From a virus (lineage: Duplodnaviria > Caudoviricetes), in IMG/VR virus record IMGVR_UViG_3300036770_004813, positions 1,482-65,481 of that record: a stretch of DNA of 64,000 nt, one strand, 5' to 3'. Below, in pieces: positions 45,763 to 56,345 of this stretch; positions within the stretch are counted from its first letter, which is position 1, and every line of letters begins with the position of its first letter. The translations under genes were made by a program, and so were the position numbers. Under the pieces are notes generated by a model. That model was not told where the DNA came from and ran no database searches. It saw nothing but the letters and a program-made list of their open reading frames with translations.

Positions 45763-47384
45763 TTGCGCCGCACCATGCCAGACTGTAAAGCAATTATTGC
45801 ATTTTCTGACCAGCCATCTCTCCTAAGACTGTCTACATCTGGTGTGCGTTGCGCTACGCCATGGCCGAAATGAACGGTGGAGACTGACATGGGCCCTGTG
45901 CCCTCTAGCCCGTTGATTAGCTGAGTCGTCTGGTCCACTTGGTCATCGAAGCTGCCTGACGGGAATTGCAGCAACTGCTTTTCGTAGGCTGGCAACCATG
46001 GCGCCCACCGTGGGAAAAATACCCGCCCAGCCTTAAACGTAATACTGGCAGCATTTGCGCGGGCTACCTTTCCTCCGAGAGGCTTCACTTCATGAATGAT
46101 GAACCCTGCCGCTTCACTGCGAAGCATGGCGATTACAGCGGAGCCGTTAGCCTTGTCCTCCACAAATAGCTCAGTAAATCCCCAGGCCGGATGTAACGCT
46201 TTCACGGTGCCAAGCGTGGTTGGGAAATCCATGCGCTGATCAATCACGTCAAGCAACCAATAGCCGCTCGGATCCTGACCCCATAGACCCAGGCCGACCA
46301 TATCCGTACCGGCTGAATCCTTAAAGGTGCAATCAAGGCTGGCGACAACACGATTAAACCTGCCAGGCATCCTGATGTCACCCGCCAACAGCTCTTCCCC
46401 CTCGCGGGCAAAGTAGCGGAAGGTATCACGCAAAAAAACAGAGCCCGTGCCTGCTGATGGCCTCTGCTGATAGATCGCCTCCCAGTCACGGTCAGGAGTG
46501 TTCGCCTTTGTCTTTTCAATCCACTCCTCATCGTATCGAGTAGGGTCCAGAGCCTCTCCAGGCTTGCGCTCATCAGGCTCTTTGGTGACTGTTCGTGGTA
46601 GGGCAATCTGTAGCGGCTCAGCTTCAATGGGCAGGATGATCACATGCCACTTTTCTGCCAGCCTTTCTAGACCTTGTGCTTCTAACTCTTCTACCTTGCT
46701 AAGTTTATATCCAATGGCGTCTAATTCGTGCCATCGTGTATGGATATAGAGCTGCCAGGCATCAGGCTCTAAGCGTGTGGACAATACGCCATCAATCCAG
46801 TTATGAAGCTGCCTACGGTGCGCTGCAGAATCGGCCTCCTCCCTGCCCTTTGTAGGGTCATCCACGATCAGGCCATTAGCAGGTAGACCCGTGCCCTTGC
46901 CCACACCAGCGGCCCACATCCCGCCGATGTCTCCTGCTGTCTTCCAGTATTCTTTCCCGCTTGTGGAAGAGCTTACGATCCCTCCAGAGCCCAGGTAGTA
47001 ACCCCTGGCAGCCTCTGAAAACTCATTGGCTAGCGTTTGCGTGTGAGCACCTAACCCGATCGTGTGCGATGGGTTATGGCGCACATAACAGCTCGGTAGC
47101 AACCTCGAAAACACGGTGCTCTTGTAATGCCTTGGCGGCAGCATCACCAGGCCACGTTTCAGCTTGCCATCTAGTACACGCTGGCCAATTTCAATTAGTC
47201 TCTCTGTGTGCCTTGTGAAGGGGAATCCAGGGCAGACGCTGGCGATATGGTCACCAAAGCTCAGTTCATACCTGCCAACCACCGTGGCAGGCTTAGCCAT
47301 ATCCGCCTTCCAGCCAGCCTGCACAGCCCTCCAGGCAGAGCCTGCCTCAGTGCTAGCGGTCAGCATGTCAAGGCGGGTGGGCAT
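45759..47384 (-). CDS. terL: Terminase large subunit
   Basis: LPPRHYKS (Walker A), LIVDDP (Walker B), TRWHELD, YQQRP, EDKANG, FPSGSFDDQVD. Confidence 0.96.
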   Translation of the reverse strand: MPTRLDMLTASTEAGSAWRAVQAGWKADMAKPATVVGRYELSFGDHIASVCPGFPFTRHTERLIEIGQRVLDGKLKRGLVMLPPRHYKSTVFSRLLPSCYVRHNPSHTIGLGAHTQTLANEFSEAARGYYLGSGGIVSSSTSGKEYWKTAGDIGGMWAAGVGKGTGLPANGLIVDDPTKGREEADSAAHRRQLHNWIDGVLSTRLEPDAWQLYIHTRWHELDAIGYKLSKVEELEAQGLERLAEKWHVIILPIEAEPLQIALPRTVTKEPDERKPGEALDPTRYDEEWIEKTKANTPDRDWEAIYQQRPSAGTGSVFLRDTFRYFAREGEELLAGDIRMPGRFNRVVASLDCTFKDSAGTDMVGLGLWGQDPSGYWLLDVIDQRMDFPTTLGTVKALHPAWGFTELFVEDKANGSAVIAMLRSEAAGFIIHEVKPLGGKVARANAASITFKAGRVFFPRWAPWLPAYEKQLLQFPSGSFDDQVDQTTQLINGLEGTGPMSVSTVHFGHGVAQRTPDVDSLRRDGWSENAIIALQSGMVRRK

Positions 47385-47389
47385 GGCTG

Positions 47390-47986
47390 CTAGACCCTTG
47401 CCAGCGTTACAGCTTCGGGCTGGTTCTGATATTTGCCCTTGCGGTCTTCATAGCTGGTCAGGCACGGTTCACCTGGCAAGAACAGGGCTTGCACGATTCC
47501 CTCGTTTGCATAGATCCTGCAATCTGCGCCAGAGGAATTGCTAAACTCTAAAGTCAAGTGCCCCTTCCATCCCGCTTCTCCGGGCGTAAGATTTGCGATG
47601 ACACCTAGCCTGGCGTAGGTACTCTTTCCGATGAATTGGCAGGTTATATCGGCAGGAATCTCTAGCCTTTCAAGGGCCACCCCCAGTCCATAAGAATGAG
47701 CCGGAAGGATAAAGAAATCCCCACTGTGATCACTTTGCAGCTCTGCAGGTTCTAGGTTGCGTGGATTGAAATTTTTAGGATCCATCACGGTGCCTGGCAC
47801 ATGACGGAAGAGCAAAAATTCCTTGGGTGACAGCCTGAGGTCATAGCCGTAGGAGGATTGACCGTAGGAGATCACAGACCGTGCTGATGTTTGCATTTCT
47901 GCAATACGAATCAGCTTGGGTTCATAGGGTCTGATCATGCCCTGAGCGGCCAGGGCGGCAATCTGTCGATCGTTCAGGAGCATTGG
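47390..47986 (-). CDS. dcd: dCTP deaminase
   Basis: ISYGQSSYGYD, GKSTYARLG, TPGEAGWKGHLTLE, YANEGIVQ, GKYQNQ. Confidence 0.96.
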   Translation of the reverse strand, partial: PMLLNDRQIAALAAQGMIRPYEPKLIRIAEMQTSARSVISYGQSSYGYDLRLSPKEFLLFRHVPGTVMDPKNFNPRNLEPAELQSDHSGDFFILPAHSYGLGVALERLEIPADITCQFIGKSTYARLGVIANLTPGEAGWKGHLTLEFSNSSGADCRIYANEGIVQALFLPGEPCLTSYEDRKGKYQNQPEAVTLARV

Positions 47987-48115
47987 GGTTATTCCCACCA
48001 GGGGCAGAAGAGAAGGGAGAAGATCAGTGCGGCTACGGCCATGGCGAACATGCCTAGGTTGTTGCCGGTAAAGGCAAGGAAACAGGCGCCAAATGCAAGT
48101 AGAAGTGCAATGAGT

Positions 48116-51100
48116 TCAGACAACACTTGCCTTCGGCTCCTTAGCGTGCTCACGGTGGAAGGTCTCCAGCATTATCAGTAATTGATCTGATTCTGCAATG
48201 CGCTGGTTTATGTCATTCACCAAATCTTGCAACGCCTGATGCTTGTTCTTCAATTTTGCACGTTCTTGATACGCTGTAACCGTGAATTCGTTAAGGTAGA
48301 CACGATCAATAGCTAAGCGATTCCAGTCAGGTCCTAAGCTCATGGCTTACCAATCCTCCTGAAACACTTCGGCCCAACAAGCTGCGGACATCTTGAATGG
48401 GTTGTAGTTTTTCGCATGTGCTAGGTAGTAGTGATTCAATTCTTCCAATGCTTTGTCTTGCTCGGCAATGCTTGCCTTTAGGCTTTCCACTTCGCTTTCC
48501 ATTCTTTTTAGTTCATCCCACATAAGTGCGCGTTTAGTATAAATATCACTTGTATACTTTTCAAGGGCGGCCTTGTCCGAATACAATGCCATTTGTATTT
48601 CCTTTTCCTGCGTGAGTTTTGGATCGGTGGCTGCGTTTGTCATGGCTTACGAATCCTCCTGATACGCCCTGCAACCTTCTGAGCCAGGTGACGTGTGGTG
48701 AGCTTGCTCCATATCTGACGTGGATTATCAGCCACAGGCTCGGCACTTTGGCGGATCACCAACGGGCGACCAATGGAGGACAGGGTAGGGATAATTCTGA
48801 GCCGTGTCGGGGCTTCAGTGTTGTTTGGCATCTTGATCAGGACAGGGATCACCTTCAGTATAGATGAAGCGCCCCTTAAATTGTGCCACCTGTTGTAGGT
48901 CAAGCCAGAAGGGTGCTTCATGGCCCTCAGGGCAGATCAGGGCTTGTGGGATACCTTCATTGCTTACTCTTGTTTCGATGATCTTGGTCACTAAACCCCA
49001 GCCGGGAACTTTCTTGGTCAACCCTTTCAGCCCTTGCCAAGTAGTTTTCCCGTCAGGGATCAATCCTATATTCACACTCGAACACAATAATGGGCGGTGG
49101 TTCCATGTTGCTGGTGCCGCCAGGAGAAGTGCGGCGTAAGCAATCTTCACAGCCCTCGCGCCAATAGAAACCGTCATCCTCTTCGTAGCCGACGCCTTGG
49201 CAGCGGGCGATGTCATCAGGAAGGGTCATTGTTTGTAGAGCAGCCGCAGCAGCGGGCAAGGACAGCACGGGCAAAATCAACTGGCTGAACGGGCTCGTAA
49301 CCGACAATTTCTTCATCGCCGCCAGGCGTCAACCTTTCAATAATCGGCACCCGAATAGAGTTGAAAAGCTCTTGTGCTTCCTGTTTTGTCAGCCCCTGCG
49401 GCTCAGGCTGGGCCAGGGCGGACTTCAGCCGTTGCCTAATGTCCCGCCAAGCATCAAAGGCAGCATTATCCCTGTCATAAGGTTTCAGGCCAGAAAAATT
49501 GTAAAGACCTTCTCCATTGTTAAATGCCAGGACTTCGGCGCACAGAGCACGAAAAGTGCCAGTCATTGTTCTTCGCCCTCCTCGAAAAGCACGTTTGATT
49601 CGTTCATGATGTCTACCCAGCCAATGTAAACATCAGCTTCATCATAAATAGCCAAGTTACCCACGCCATTCGGGTAGACACGCGAGCCAGGCGGAAGCGC
49701 TAGCAACAGCTCCGCAAGTTTCTCGGGTTTGATCCATTTGCCGGTGTCGTCTCTCATTTTGCTGGCCTCACTGACAAGGGGGCGGGGTGTTGTTCTGCCA
49801 CATGGCTGAAGTAGGGATATTCTGAATCTGGAAAGCAATCACTATTCGGATCTTCAGCATAAATAAGAACCTCACCCGTTGAAACACAAACGGAAACAGG
49901 GTTTCTTATTCGTCTACCATTCGCATCAAACACATGCAAAGGCCCCCAGTTTTCTAGTGATTCCTCAGCGGTGACATGGCGATGGGTTGGGAAGCCTGCG
50001 GGGATGTCGAATGTCATAGTTCTGCCCTGACTTTGATAAAGTATTTCCATTCGCCTGAATTGAACCTAAAAACTTCATCAATGTCTATATCTGATATCGC
50101 AAAACCCGTGTCCTTTGTAAACTGTGCCATAAGGCAACCAATTTCAGATTCCAACTTTGCCTTGGCAGCTTTAGCGTCTTGAATGCTCATTGCCCGCCCA
50201 CCTCCGCCGATGCTTTCCTCAGGTCTTCCATGCGGATATGGGTTTCCACTAGCCTTAAGAGTTGTTCTAGCGTTTGCTTCATGGCTTTACGGTGGATCGC
50301 CGGGGAAAACAGAGAGTCATCCACCTTGGCTGCCAGATCCCTTGCTGCAAACATTTCGTTCAGGATGCAAGTTGCTTGCTCCTGAAGATGCTGCAATAGG
50401 TCTTCGCTGGTGTTTTGCTGAAACCATTGTTGTATTTCCTTATCCCTTTGTTGCTGGCCCCATTGTGCAGCCTTGGCGGCAAATAGGGTTGCATAAAGAG
50501 ATGTTCCAGATTCTGTGGCATATTTTGAAGTGTCGCACCACTCCTTAACCAGCTCATCCGGTGGGTGGGGCATGATCTTAAAAATGCTTTCGGAGTTAGT
50601 CATGTCGATACAACCAATCAGGAACAACGTTTGCGATGCGGTCAACGCGAGCCAATAGCCACCGCCCTACAGCGATAGCTACGGGCTTCACCAGGGCTTC
50701 CATGATCACCAGGGCAGCGAAGGCGTCTGCGACCATGTGCAGGTCTGAAGGGTTGAGGGTCATGGGGCCTCTAGCTCGTTAGAGGGGCTTAGCCATCGTG
50801 TCTACTCATTGAGAGGATGTGATTGTTGTACTGCTCAACCGCAAAACGCAGTTCCTTTATGCGGTCGGAGAAATCATCCGGGTGCGCTGGTGGAATCATG
50901 CCATTCAGGCCTTGGCCACCAACTAACCGCATGGCTCGATCAGCCATCAACCCGGCATGGAGCAGGGCCTGATCAGAGGGGGATAAGGGTTTACTCATCG
51001 GGAAGCAGCTCCAAGGCTTTACGGATGGTGAAAAAGGGTTTGCCATCAAACATGCCCACCTGCTTTGACATCAAGAGGCTGAGATCGTTCAGCGCCTGCT

Positions 51101-52421
51101 CCTTCAGGCTCGGTGGCTTAGGGCGTCGTGCGGCGCGGAGATCGTCAAGCACAGTTGGGTGATGTGCTCTGCGCTCCAGATGTCGAATACACGCCTCCAG
51201 CTCCTGGTCCGCGCCCCATTGGGCTGATTTGTCAATCAGGAAGTCGGAATTACTGTTGCCTGGAGCCTCGTAAAGCCACTCGTCTCGCAGCTTCCGTGGC
51301 GGGCTGATCGGATGCTGGCTAGGCGGATTGCGATCGCTGTTGCCTTCACTGCAGTACGGAACAGCCATCACGCCACCCCTCCCAGCTTCTCAGCCTCAGG
51401 CCAGCGGTAGCCGCCTAACAACCGAGTTGCCGCCTGCTCCCGCCAATAACGGCGCCGTGCGGCAAGTTCTAGTGATACTGAATGACCGATCAGTTTCGGA
51501 TCTGCATTAGCCTTAAATAAGGCTTCAGATTCTGTCTGATGATTCATGGATTCTGCTCCGTAGATGTGTGAACGTGCGATTGCACATTGAGAGACATTAA
51601 GGCGAAGCTCATTCTTCATTGCCTATTCCTCATCTGCCCCATTGCCCACAGCGCAACCATGGCACCTAAGATTCCAGAAGGACCAAAAACAGGTACTGGA
51701 ATTGGCTTAACTTTTGATGGTTCAGGTGGCGGCTCAGGTTGAGCGATTGAATAGTTGTACGTTGGCACGGTAGCCCCTGGTAAGGATGGATACTTTTTGT
51801 CTGGTGGGTGATACTGGCTGCACCCTGTCAGCAACAGTAAGCATAGCAGAGTGCGGGTCTGGATAGGGGTCATTTATTACGCCCTCTCATCGCTGCTTTC
51901 CTCCATCATTCGAGCGATGCACAAGGGATAGCCCGCAGCATCTAGCCAGTGATCTCGCAACTGCGAATCGCCTGAAAGAATCCGAGCAACTTTGTGCATC
52001 ATCATGTCAAGAGCCTCGCGCTGTGCAGGTGTCAGCCGATGCCAGTTGCAACCAGCCCTAATGCAGCCCTTTAGGTTCTGGCTGATATGCCCCACGGCTT
52101 CAATGCCGCCGTGTTGCTTGTCTCTGTTGGGGATGTTTGGATCATTCATTGTTAAGAGAATTGCAGGGAAATGATCTAGCGGAAAGAGCCTTAAACTTTT
52201 TGCCAGCTCCTAAGTTTGAGCTTCCAACCAACCGCCTCGAAAGGCTCGCTCCATTCTGGTTTCTTGTAACTGCGGCAGCGTGCACGCCAAACCGCCTCTT
52301 GCTCTCCTATCCATAGCAGCGTTAGCTGTGCATCATGCCAGCCACTAGGCCACTCTTCCCTACCCTGAATTGTGTCCCCAACCTTTAGACACATCTTGCG
52401 GCAGTATTCAGCGGGGCTCAT
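48116..52421 (-). other. Cluster of about 16 small, mostly overlapping hypothetical ORFs (e.g. 48116-48343, 48347-48643, 48640-48921, 49053-49229, 49563-49757, 49754-50017, 50187-50603, 50789-50998, 50991-51371, 51368-51619, 51616-51873, 51877-52149, 52191-52421)
   Basis: Consecutive start/stop overlaps on the minus strand; no function recognised. Confidence 0.6.
49216..49566 (-). CDS. Third modular-family protein
   Basis: MTGTFRALCAE...ALAQPEPQG...DFARAVLAR, blocks shared with 5964-6653. Confidence 0.7.
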   Translation of the reverse strand: MTGTFRALCAEVLAFNNGEGLYNFSGLKPYDRDNAAFDAWRDIRQRLKSALAQPEPQGLTKQEAQELFNSIRVPIIERLTPGGDEEIVGYEPVQPVDFARAVLARCCGCSTNNDPS

Positions 52422-53392
52422 GCGCAGACCTCCGTAAAGAGGGAAGACTGCTCCGCATCACCTTCAATTTCACCAGCTAGTTCCAGGTTCCGAACAGCTT
52501 GCCGGTAGTAGCTAGGCTTAAGCTCGATGCCGATTCCACGACGGCCAGCCTTCACCGCTCCGTAGACCTCGCTGCCAACACCCATGAAGGGCGTTAGCAC
52601 GGTCTCTCCTGGGTTGCTCCACATCACAACCGCTCTGTCAATCACATCCAACTGCAGCGGGTGAACGTGCTTTTCATCTTCGCCATCCTTGGCGCTGCGA
52701 AACTGCAACACATTATCAATCCTGATGTCATCCCACACACTGGAGGCGTATTGCCGCCAGATCCATTGACTGTACTGATTCTTTTTTTGGTCTCCTTTCA
52801 TGCCACGAAACCCGTTTAGATCGGCTGGCACAGTGCGCTCACCGCTGTAGTGCATAAGACCAACTTCATGCACAACCGGCACGGGATTTTCACCTTTACG
52901 GCGAAACATCAAAAGATAATCAGCGTTAGCGATACTGTTGCGGGTTGAGTCTTCGCACAGTGTCTTGTGATGCAAGCTCTTCATCATGGTGCGATTGCGA
53001 ACCATTAGCGGCTCCTTCCAGATCACCCGCCGGCCACCATAGGCAAACCCTCTGGCTTCATGCTCACGGATGATCCTGCCAGGTAGATCAAACATGGCAT
53101 CACAGCCGGAATTGCTTAGCGGAATGTCCATGCAATGCACTGCAGAAATCCTGCCAGGCATTGTCACCCGCTCAATTTCATCCAAACAAAAACCGTAATG
53201 AGTAAAGAACTCGTCATAGTCTAGGCAGTTAGACATGTCCCGATCATCACTGCTGTATTGATACAAGCCAGCAAACGGCGGAGAGTAGACAGTGAGATGA
53301 ACTGACGCATCAGGAAGTTTTTGCATAACCTCGATGCAGTCCCCATTGTAAACCGCAAAGCTATCAGTGATTAACTGCTCTTTTACAGCCAT
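52418..53392 (-). CDS. Beta-class N4-C/N6-A DNA methyltransferase
   Basis: GDCIEVM, SPPF (motif IV), HVHPLQ, VLTPFMGVGS (motif I), GIELK. Confidence 0.92.
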   Translation of the reverse strand: MAVKEQLITDSFAVYNGDCIEVMQKLPDASVHLTVYSPPFAGLYQYSSDDRDMSNCLDYDEFFTHYGFCLDEIERVTMPGRISAVHCMDIPLSNSGCDAMFDLPGRIIREHEARGFAYGGRRVIWKEPLMVRNRTMMKSLHHKTLCEDSTRNSIANADYLLMFRRKGENPVPVVHEVGLMHYSGERTVPADLNGFRGMKGDQKKNQYSQWIWRQYASSVWDDIRIDNVLQFRSAKDGEDEKHVHPLQLDVIDRAVVMWSNPGETVLTPFMGVGSEVYGAVKAGRRGIGIELKPSYYRQAVRNLELAGEIEGDAEQSSLFTEVCA

Positions 53393-54834
53393 TGTGGAAT
53401 CCTCGGAGTAGTGGTGTAGAGATTCGTCCGTTTAATAGTTGTTGCATTATTCATCTGTGCCACCAGTTCCTCAAACATGGCAGTAGCCCGTTCAGCTTTG
53501 TTGCGCATGTTGGCCAGCACCCTGGCCTCGCCTTCGGTGGCAATAACGTCAAGGTGAACCGTGCTTTGCTGGCCGAATCGCCAGCAGCGGCGAACAGATT
53601 GGTAATACTGCTCATAGCTGTGGCTGGCAAAGGTCACAACATGAGCGCAGTGCTGCCAGTTCAGGCCCCAAGCACCAATTTTGGGCTTGATCACCAGCAC
53701 TCGCTGACGACCATCGGAGAAGGCCTCATACAGCTCTATCTTTCGATCGTCTGGCGTGCGGCCAGCAATCTGAGCGGCATCAGGGATTAACTGCTCTAGC
53801 AAGTCGCCCTCGGCGTTGGTGTGGCACCAGATCACGGCAGGACGATCGTGTTCCACCAGCTGAGCGGCAAACTCACAACGCTCCTGCATGGTGCGCTTTC
53901 GCTCTTCTCGTTCTTCTGCCAACCCAAAGGCAGGCATTGCAAACAACATCCCCTCAGGAGGAGTTGCCGGGGAGATGATGTGATCACGCTCCACCAGTGG
54001 CGGAAGCACAAAGCCATCATTTGCAAAGCCCAGATCGAATGGCATCCGGCAGGCCCTAGCCCAGCTCGCTACCCACCGCCAGAAGTGCTCGCGGGCGTGA
54101 TGCTTGAGGCGCCACTGCCCAATGGTCTGCGAAACTCTAAACGCCAGCTTTTTGTAATAGTTAGCGTTGGCGTTGATCATCGCCTCTGCCGACTCTTGCA
54201 AACGCTCTTCGCGCTTCTGGCCTTTGTCGTCTAGCTGAGCAAAGAAACGGCGCAGCATGTCGCTGTAGCTCAGCTCCCCCAGGGCCTCGGATGAGTTGCC
54301 CAGCTCGGTGTAGTCATTTGGCGCTGCCGTTGCAGTGCAAAGCAACCTGTACGGCATTTTGGCCATAAAGCGAGTAATCGCCTTCCTGGTGTGACCGTTG
54401 AACGACTTCAGGATGCTCGACTCATCGCAAACCACTGCGCCAAAATCACTCGAATTAAACAGGTGGAGCCTGTCGTAGTTGGTGATCACAACCCGCCCCG
54501 GCACGCTGCCATCACTGGAGCGGTGGCATTCGATGCCGAACTTTTCACCCTCCCGCACAGACTGCGCAGCCACAGCAAGCGGCGTCAGGATCAGCACCGG
54601 CTTGCCGGTGTGCTGCGCCACGTTCTGAGCCCAGGTGAGCTGCATTGCAGTTTTGCCTAGGCCGCAATCAGCAAAGATCGCAGCGCGACCCTTGCGCACG
54701 GCCCACTCAACTAACGCCTGTTGAAAGTCAAACAACTGCGGCGGCATAAAGACCGGCTCAAAGCCATGATCTGCTCCGGTGTGCAGCTTGCGATCCAGGA
54801 ACGACTCATAAGAGCGCTCAAGTGTTGCTGTCAT
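53383..54834 (-). CDS. SNF2-like superfamily-2 helicase
   Basis: LFDFQ, DCGLGKT, DESS, TATAAPND, GLNWQ, YQSVRRCWRFGQ. Confidence 0.92.
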   Translation of the reverse strand: MTATLERSYESFLDRKLHTGADHGFEPVFMPPQLFDFQQALVEWAVRKGRAAIFADCGLGKTAMQLTWAQNVAQHTGKPVLILTPLAVAAQSVREGEKFGIECHRSSDGSVPGRVVITNYDRLHLFNSSDFGAVVCDESSILKSFNGHTRKAITRFMAKMPYRLLCTATAAPNDYTELGNSSEALGELSYSDMLRRFFAQLDDKGQKREERLQESAEAMINANANYYKKLAFRVSQTIGQWRLKHHAREHFWRWVASWARACRMPFDLGFANDGFVLPPLVERDHIISPATPPEGMLFAMPAFGLAEEREERKRTMQERCEFAAQLVEHDRPAVIWCHTNAEGDLLEQLIPDAAQIAGRTPDDRKIELYEAFSDGRQRVLVIKPKIGAWGLNWQHCAHVVTFASHSYEQYYQSVRRCWRFGQQSTVHLDVIATEGEARVLANMRNKAERATAMFEELVAQMNNATTIKRTNLYTTTPRIPQWL

Positions 54835-55153
54835 CCCACTACCTCCAGAACGCGAATCGCGCTGAAAGTACAAAGATCAAAGCTCATAATGATCCTCACA
54901 ACCAAGAGCGATGCAAAGACCACCAGCAATACCGAAAAGGAGCTGCAAGGTCCATGGGGTTACTAGAAATCCCATGAGGATTAACCCGACACCAATAACA
55001 ATCAATGGAATATCGCTATCCATCACCTCCGCTCCATCAGCGAAGGGGACCGCTGCTCAGCCGTCAGCGAAGGGTCAGGCTCTTCACGCTCGCCTTCATC
55101 CTCGCGGTCTTCCATTCGGCACCAGAAATCGTCGATGCCTGCAAAGTCGAGAG

Positions 55154-55303
55154 TCACTTGCACACCTCCACGATGGTGAGCTGGCCACAAGCCCTGATCT
55201 GTGCATCTCGCGCCATCCACATCCCGACAGGGATGACAATGAGCGCAAAGCCTAGGACGTGCTGCCAGGTGATCTGGCGCACCTCCATCAAAAATCTGTT
55301 CAT
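55154..55303 (-). CDS. Small membrane protein (49 aa)
   Basis: TTGCCC...TAGGAT promoter-like boxes and CACCCAGCGA upstream of ATG 55303. Confidence 0.55.
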   Translation of the reverse strand: MNRFLMEVRQITWQHVLGFALIVIPVGMWMARDAQIRACGQLTIVEVCK

Positions 55304-55370
55304 GGGTCGCTGGGTGATGAACTCCGCAATCCTACCCTAACTGGTCCAGACTTGGGCAAGTCTTAACAAT

Positions 55371-56129
55371 TCAATCCTGACCGGCCTCCATCTTCCGGCT
55401 TGCCTCCATCTGCTGGTACATCTGTTTTAGCATTTGATTTACGCCTAAAGCATCGCCCCAGCAGGCCCTAGCGGCTTCGGCCTGTTTGCTCATGGTGTCG
55501 CACAGCTTGGTGAAGCTCAGCACCATCGCATTTACAGATTGCATCTGCGCACTGGCCGCCACATAGTCCTGGGCCTGCATCGCCCTTTCGTGGCCCTTCA
55601 ACGTTCGCTCTATGTTGCCCTGCATGATGCCCACAATCCCATCAATAGCCACGGCTCGCAGGCCCATGGCCTTACCGACAACGTGCATAACCTGCCGATA
55701 TTCCAGCAGCTCACCCGTCAGCCGATCACTGCCCGCTTTCTCCATTGCAGCACCGATCACCTCAGGCTCTAACGCTGAATCCTGCTGGTAAATCTCAGGT
55801 GGAGCGGTGGGGACTGCAACCTTTTTGGTCTTTGCTTGCTTAATCGCCTCCTCAGTTGGGCTCAGCTTTCGTTGCGGCTTTTTCCCCTCCTCCGGTAGAT
55901 CCTCTGGAGGCCTCCCCGCTGCTAACCATTCGTCGTAAGCCTCCGCGCGTTCTAGCCAGTTGAAACGCTTTGCACGGTCGTAAACATTGGGTGCCACAAG
56001 CCCACGATCTTTGGCAAAACGGTGCACGCCTCGATCAGGGCCAGACTCCAGAAACTCAACAAAAAGGCTGTAGGCAGCTGCAGTTTCGCGGCCTTTGTGT
56101 CCTGAATTTTGCTTCCAGATCCACTGCAC
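55371..56129 (-). CDS. Putative terminase small subunit
   Basis: ETAAAYSLF..FLESGPDR...RFNWLERAEAYD HTH pattern followed by a helical oligomerisation region. Confidence 0.6.
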   Translation of the reverse strand: MQWIWKQNSGHKGRETAAAYSLFVEFLESGPDRGVHRFAKDRGLVAPNVYDRAKRFNWLERAEAYDEWLAAGRPPEDLPEEGKKPQRKLSPTEEAIKQAKTKKVAVPTAPPEIYQQDSALEPEVIGAAMEKAGSDRLTGELLEYRQVMHVVGKAMGLRAVAIDGIVGIMQGNIERTLKGHERAMQAQDYVAASAQMQSVNAMVLSFTKLCDTMSKQAEAARACWGDALGVNQMLKQMYQQMEASRKMEAGQD

Positions 56130-56200
56130 GCGAGTTACAAGAAAGCCATATTGTAACTTTAAAGAATTATTGTAACGGCAGCTTGGCGGTCGCCCAACGC

Positions 56201-56345
56201 AAAAGGGCCCCTAAGGACCCTTAAGCGTTTGAACGGACGGCCAGGTCTGAACCCTGCGATCATCCCAATCCAAACGAGGGGCAAGCTTCATAGCTTCGGC
56301 AATCAAGGGTTCAGACCTTGGCCGAAGCTCCACCCGCCCAGACCA
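56201..56345 (-). ncRNA. Candidate structured RNA with alternative pairings, ending in a terminator
   Basis: 18-bp inverted repeat 56238-56255/56306-56324; second inverted repeat 56292-56300/56321-56329; terminator 56201-56222; TAAACT box at 56350-56355. Confidence 0.5.

Larger units (their letters stand above)
9177..49051 (-). promoter_or_regulatory. GGGAAAACT late-promoter motif family
   Basis: Minus-strand copies start at 9177, 12242, 14230, 15093, 17468, 26702, 30584, 31150, 32857, 37858, 39092, 40212, 41765, 43279, 44872, 49043; plus-strand copies at 1492, 27887, 57050. Confidence 0.85.
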
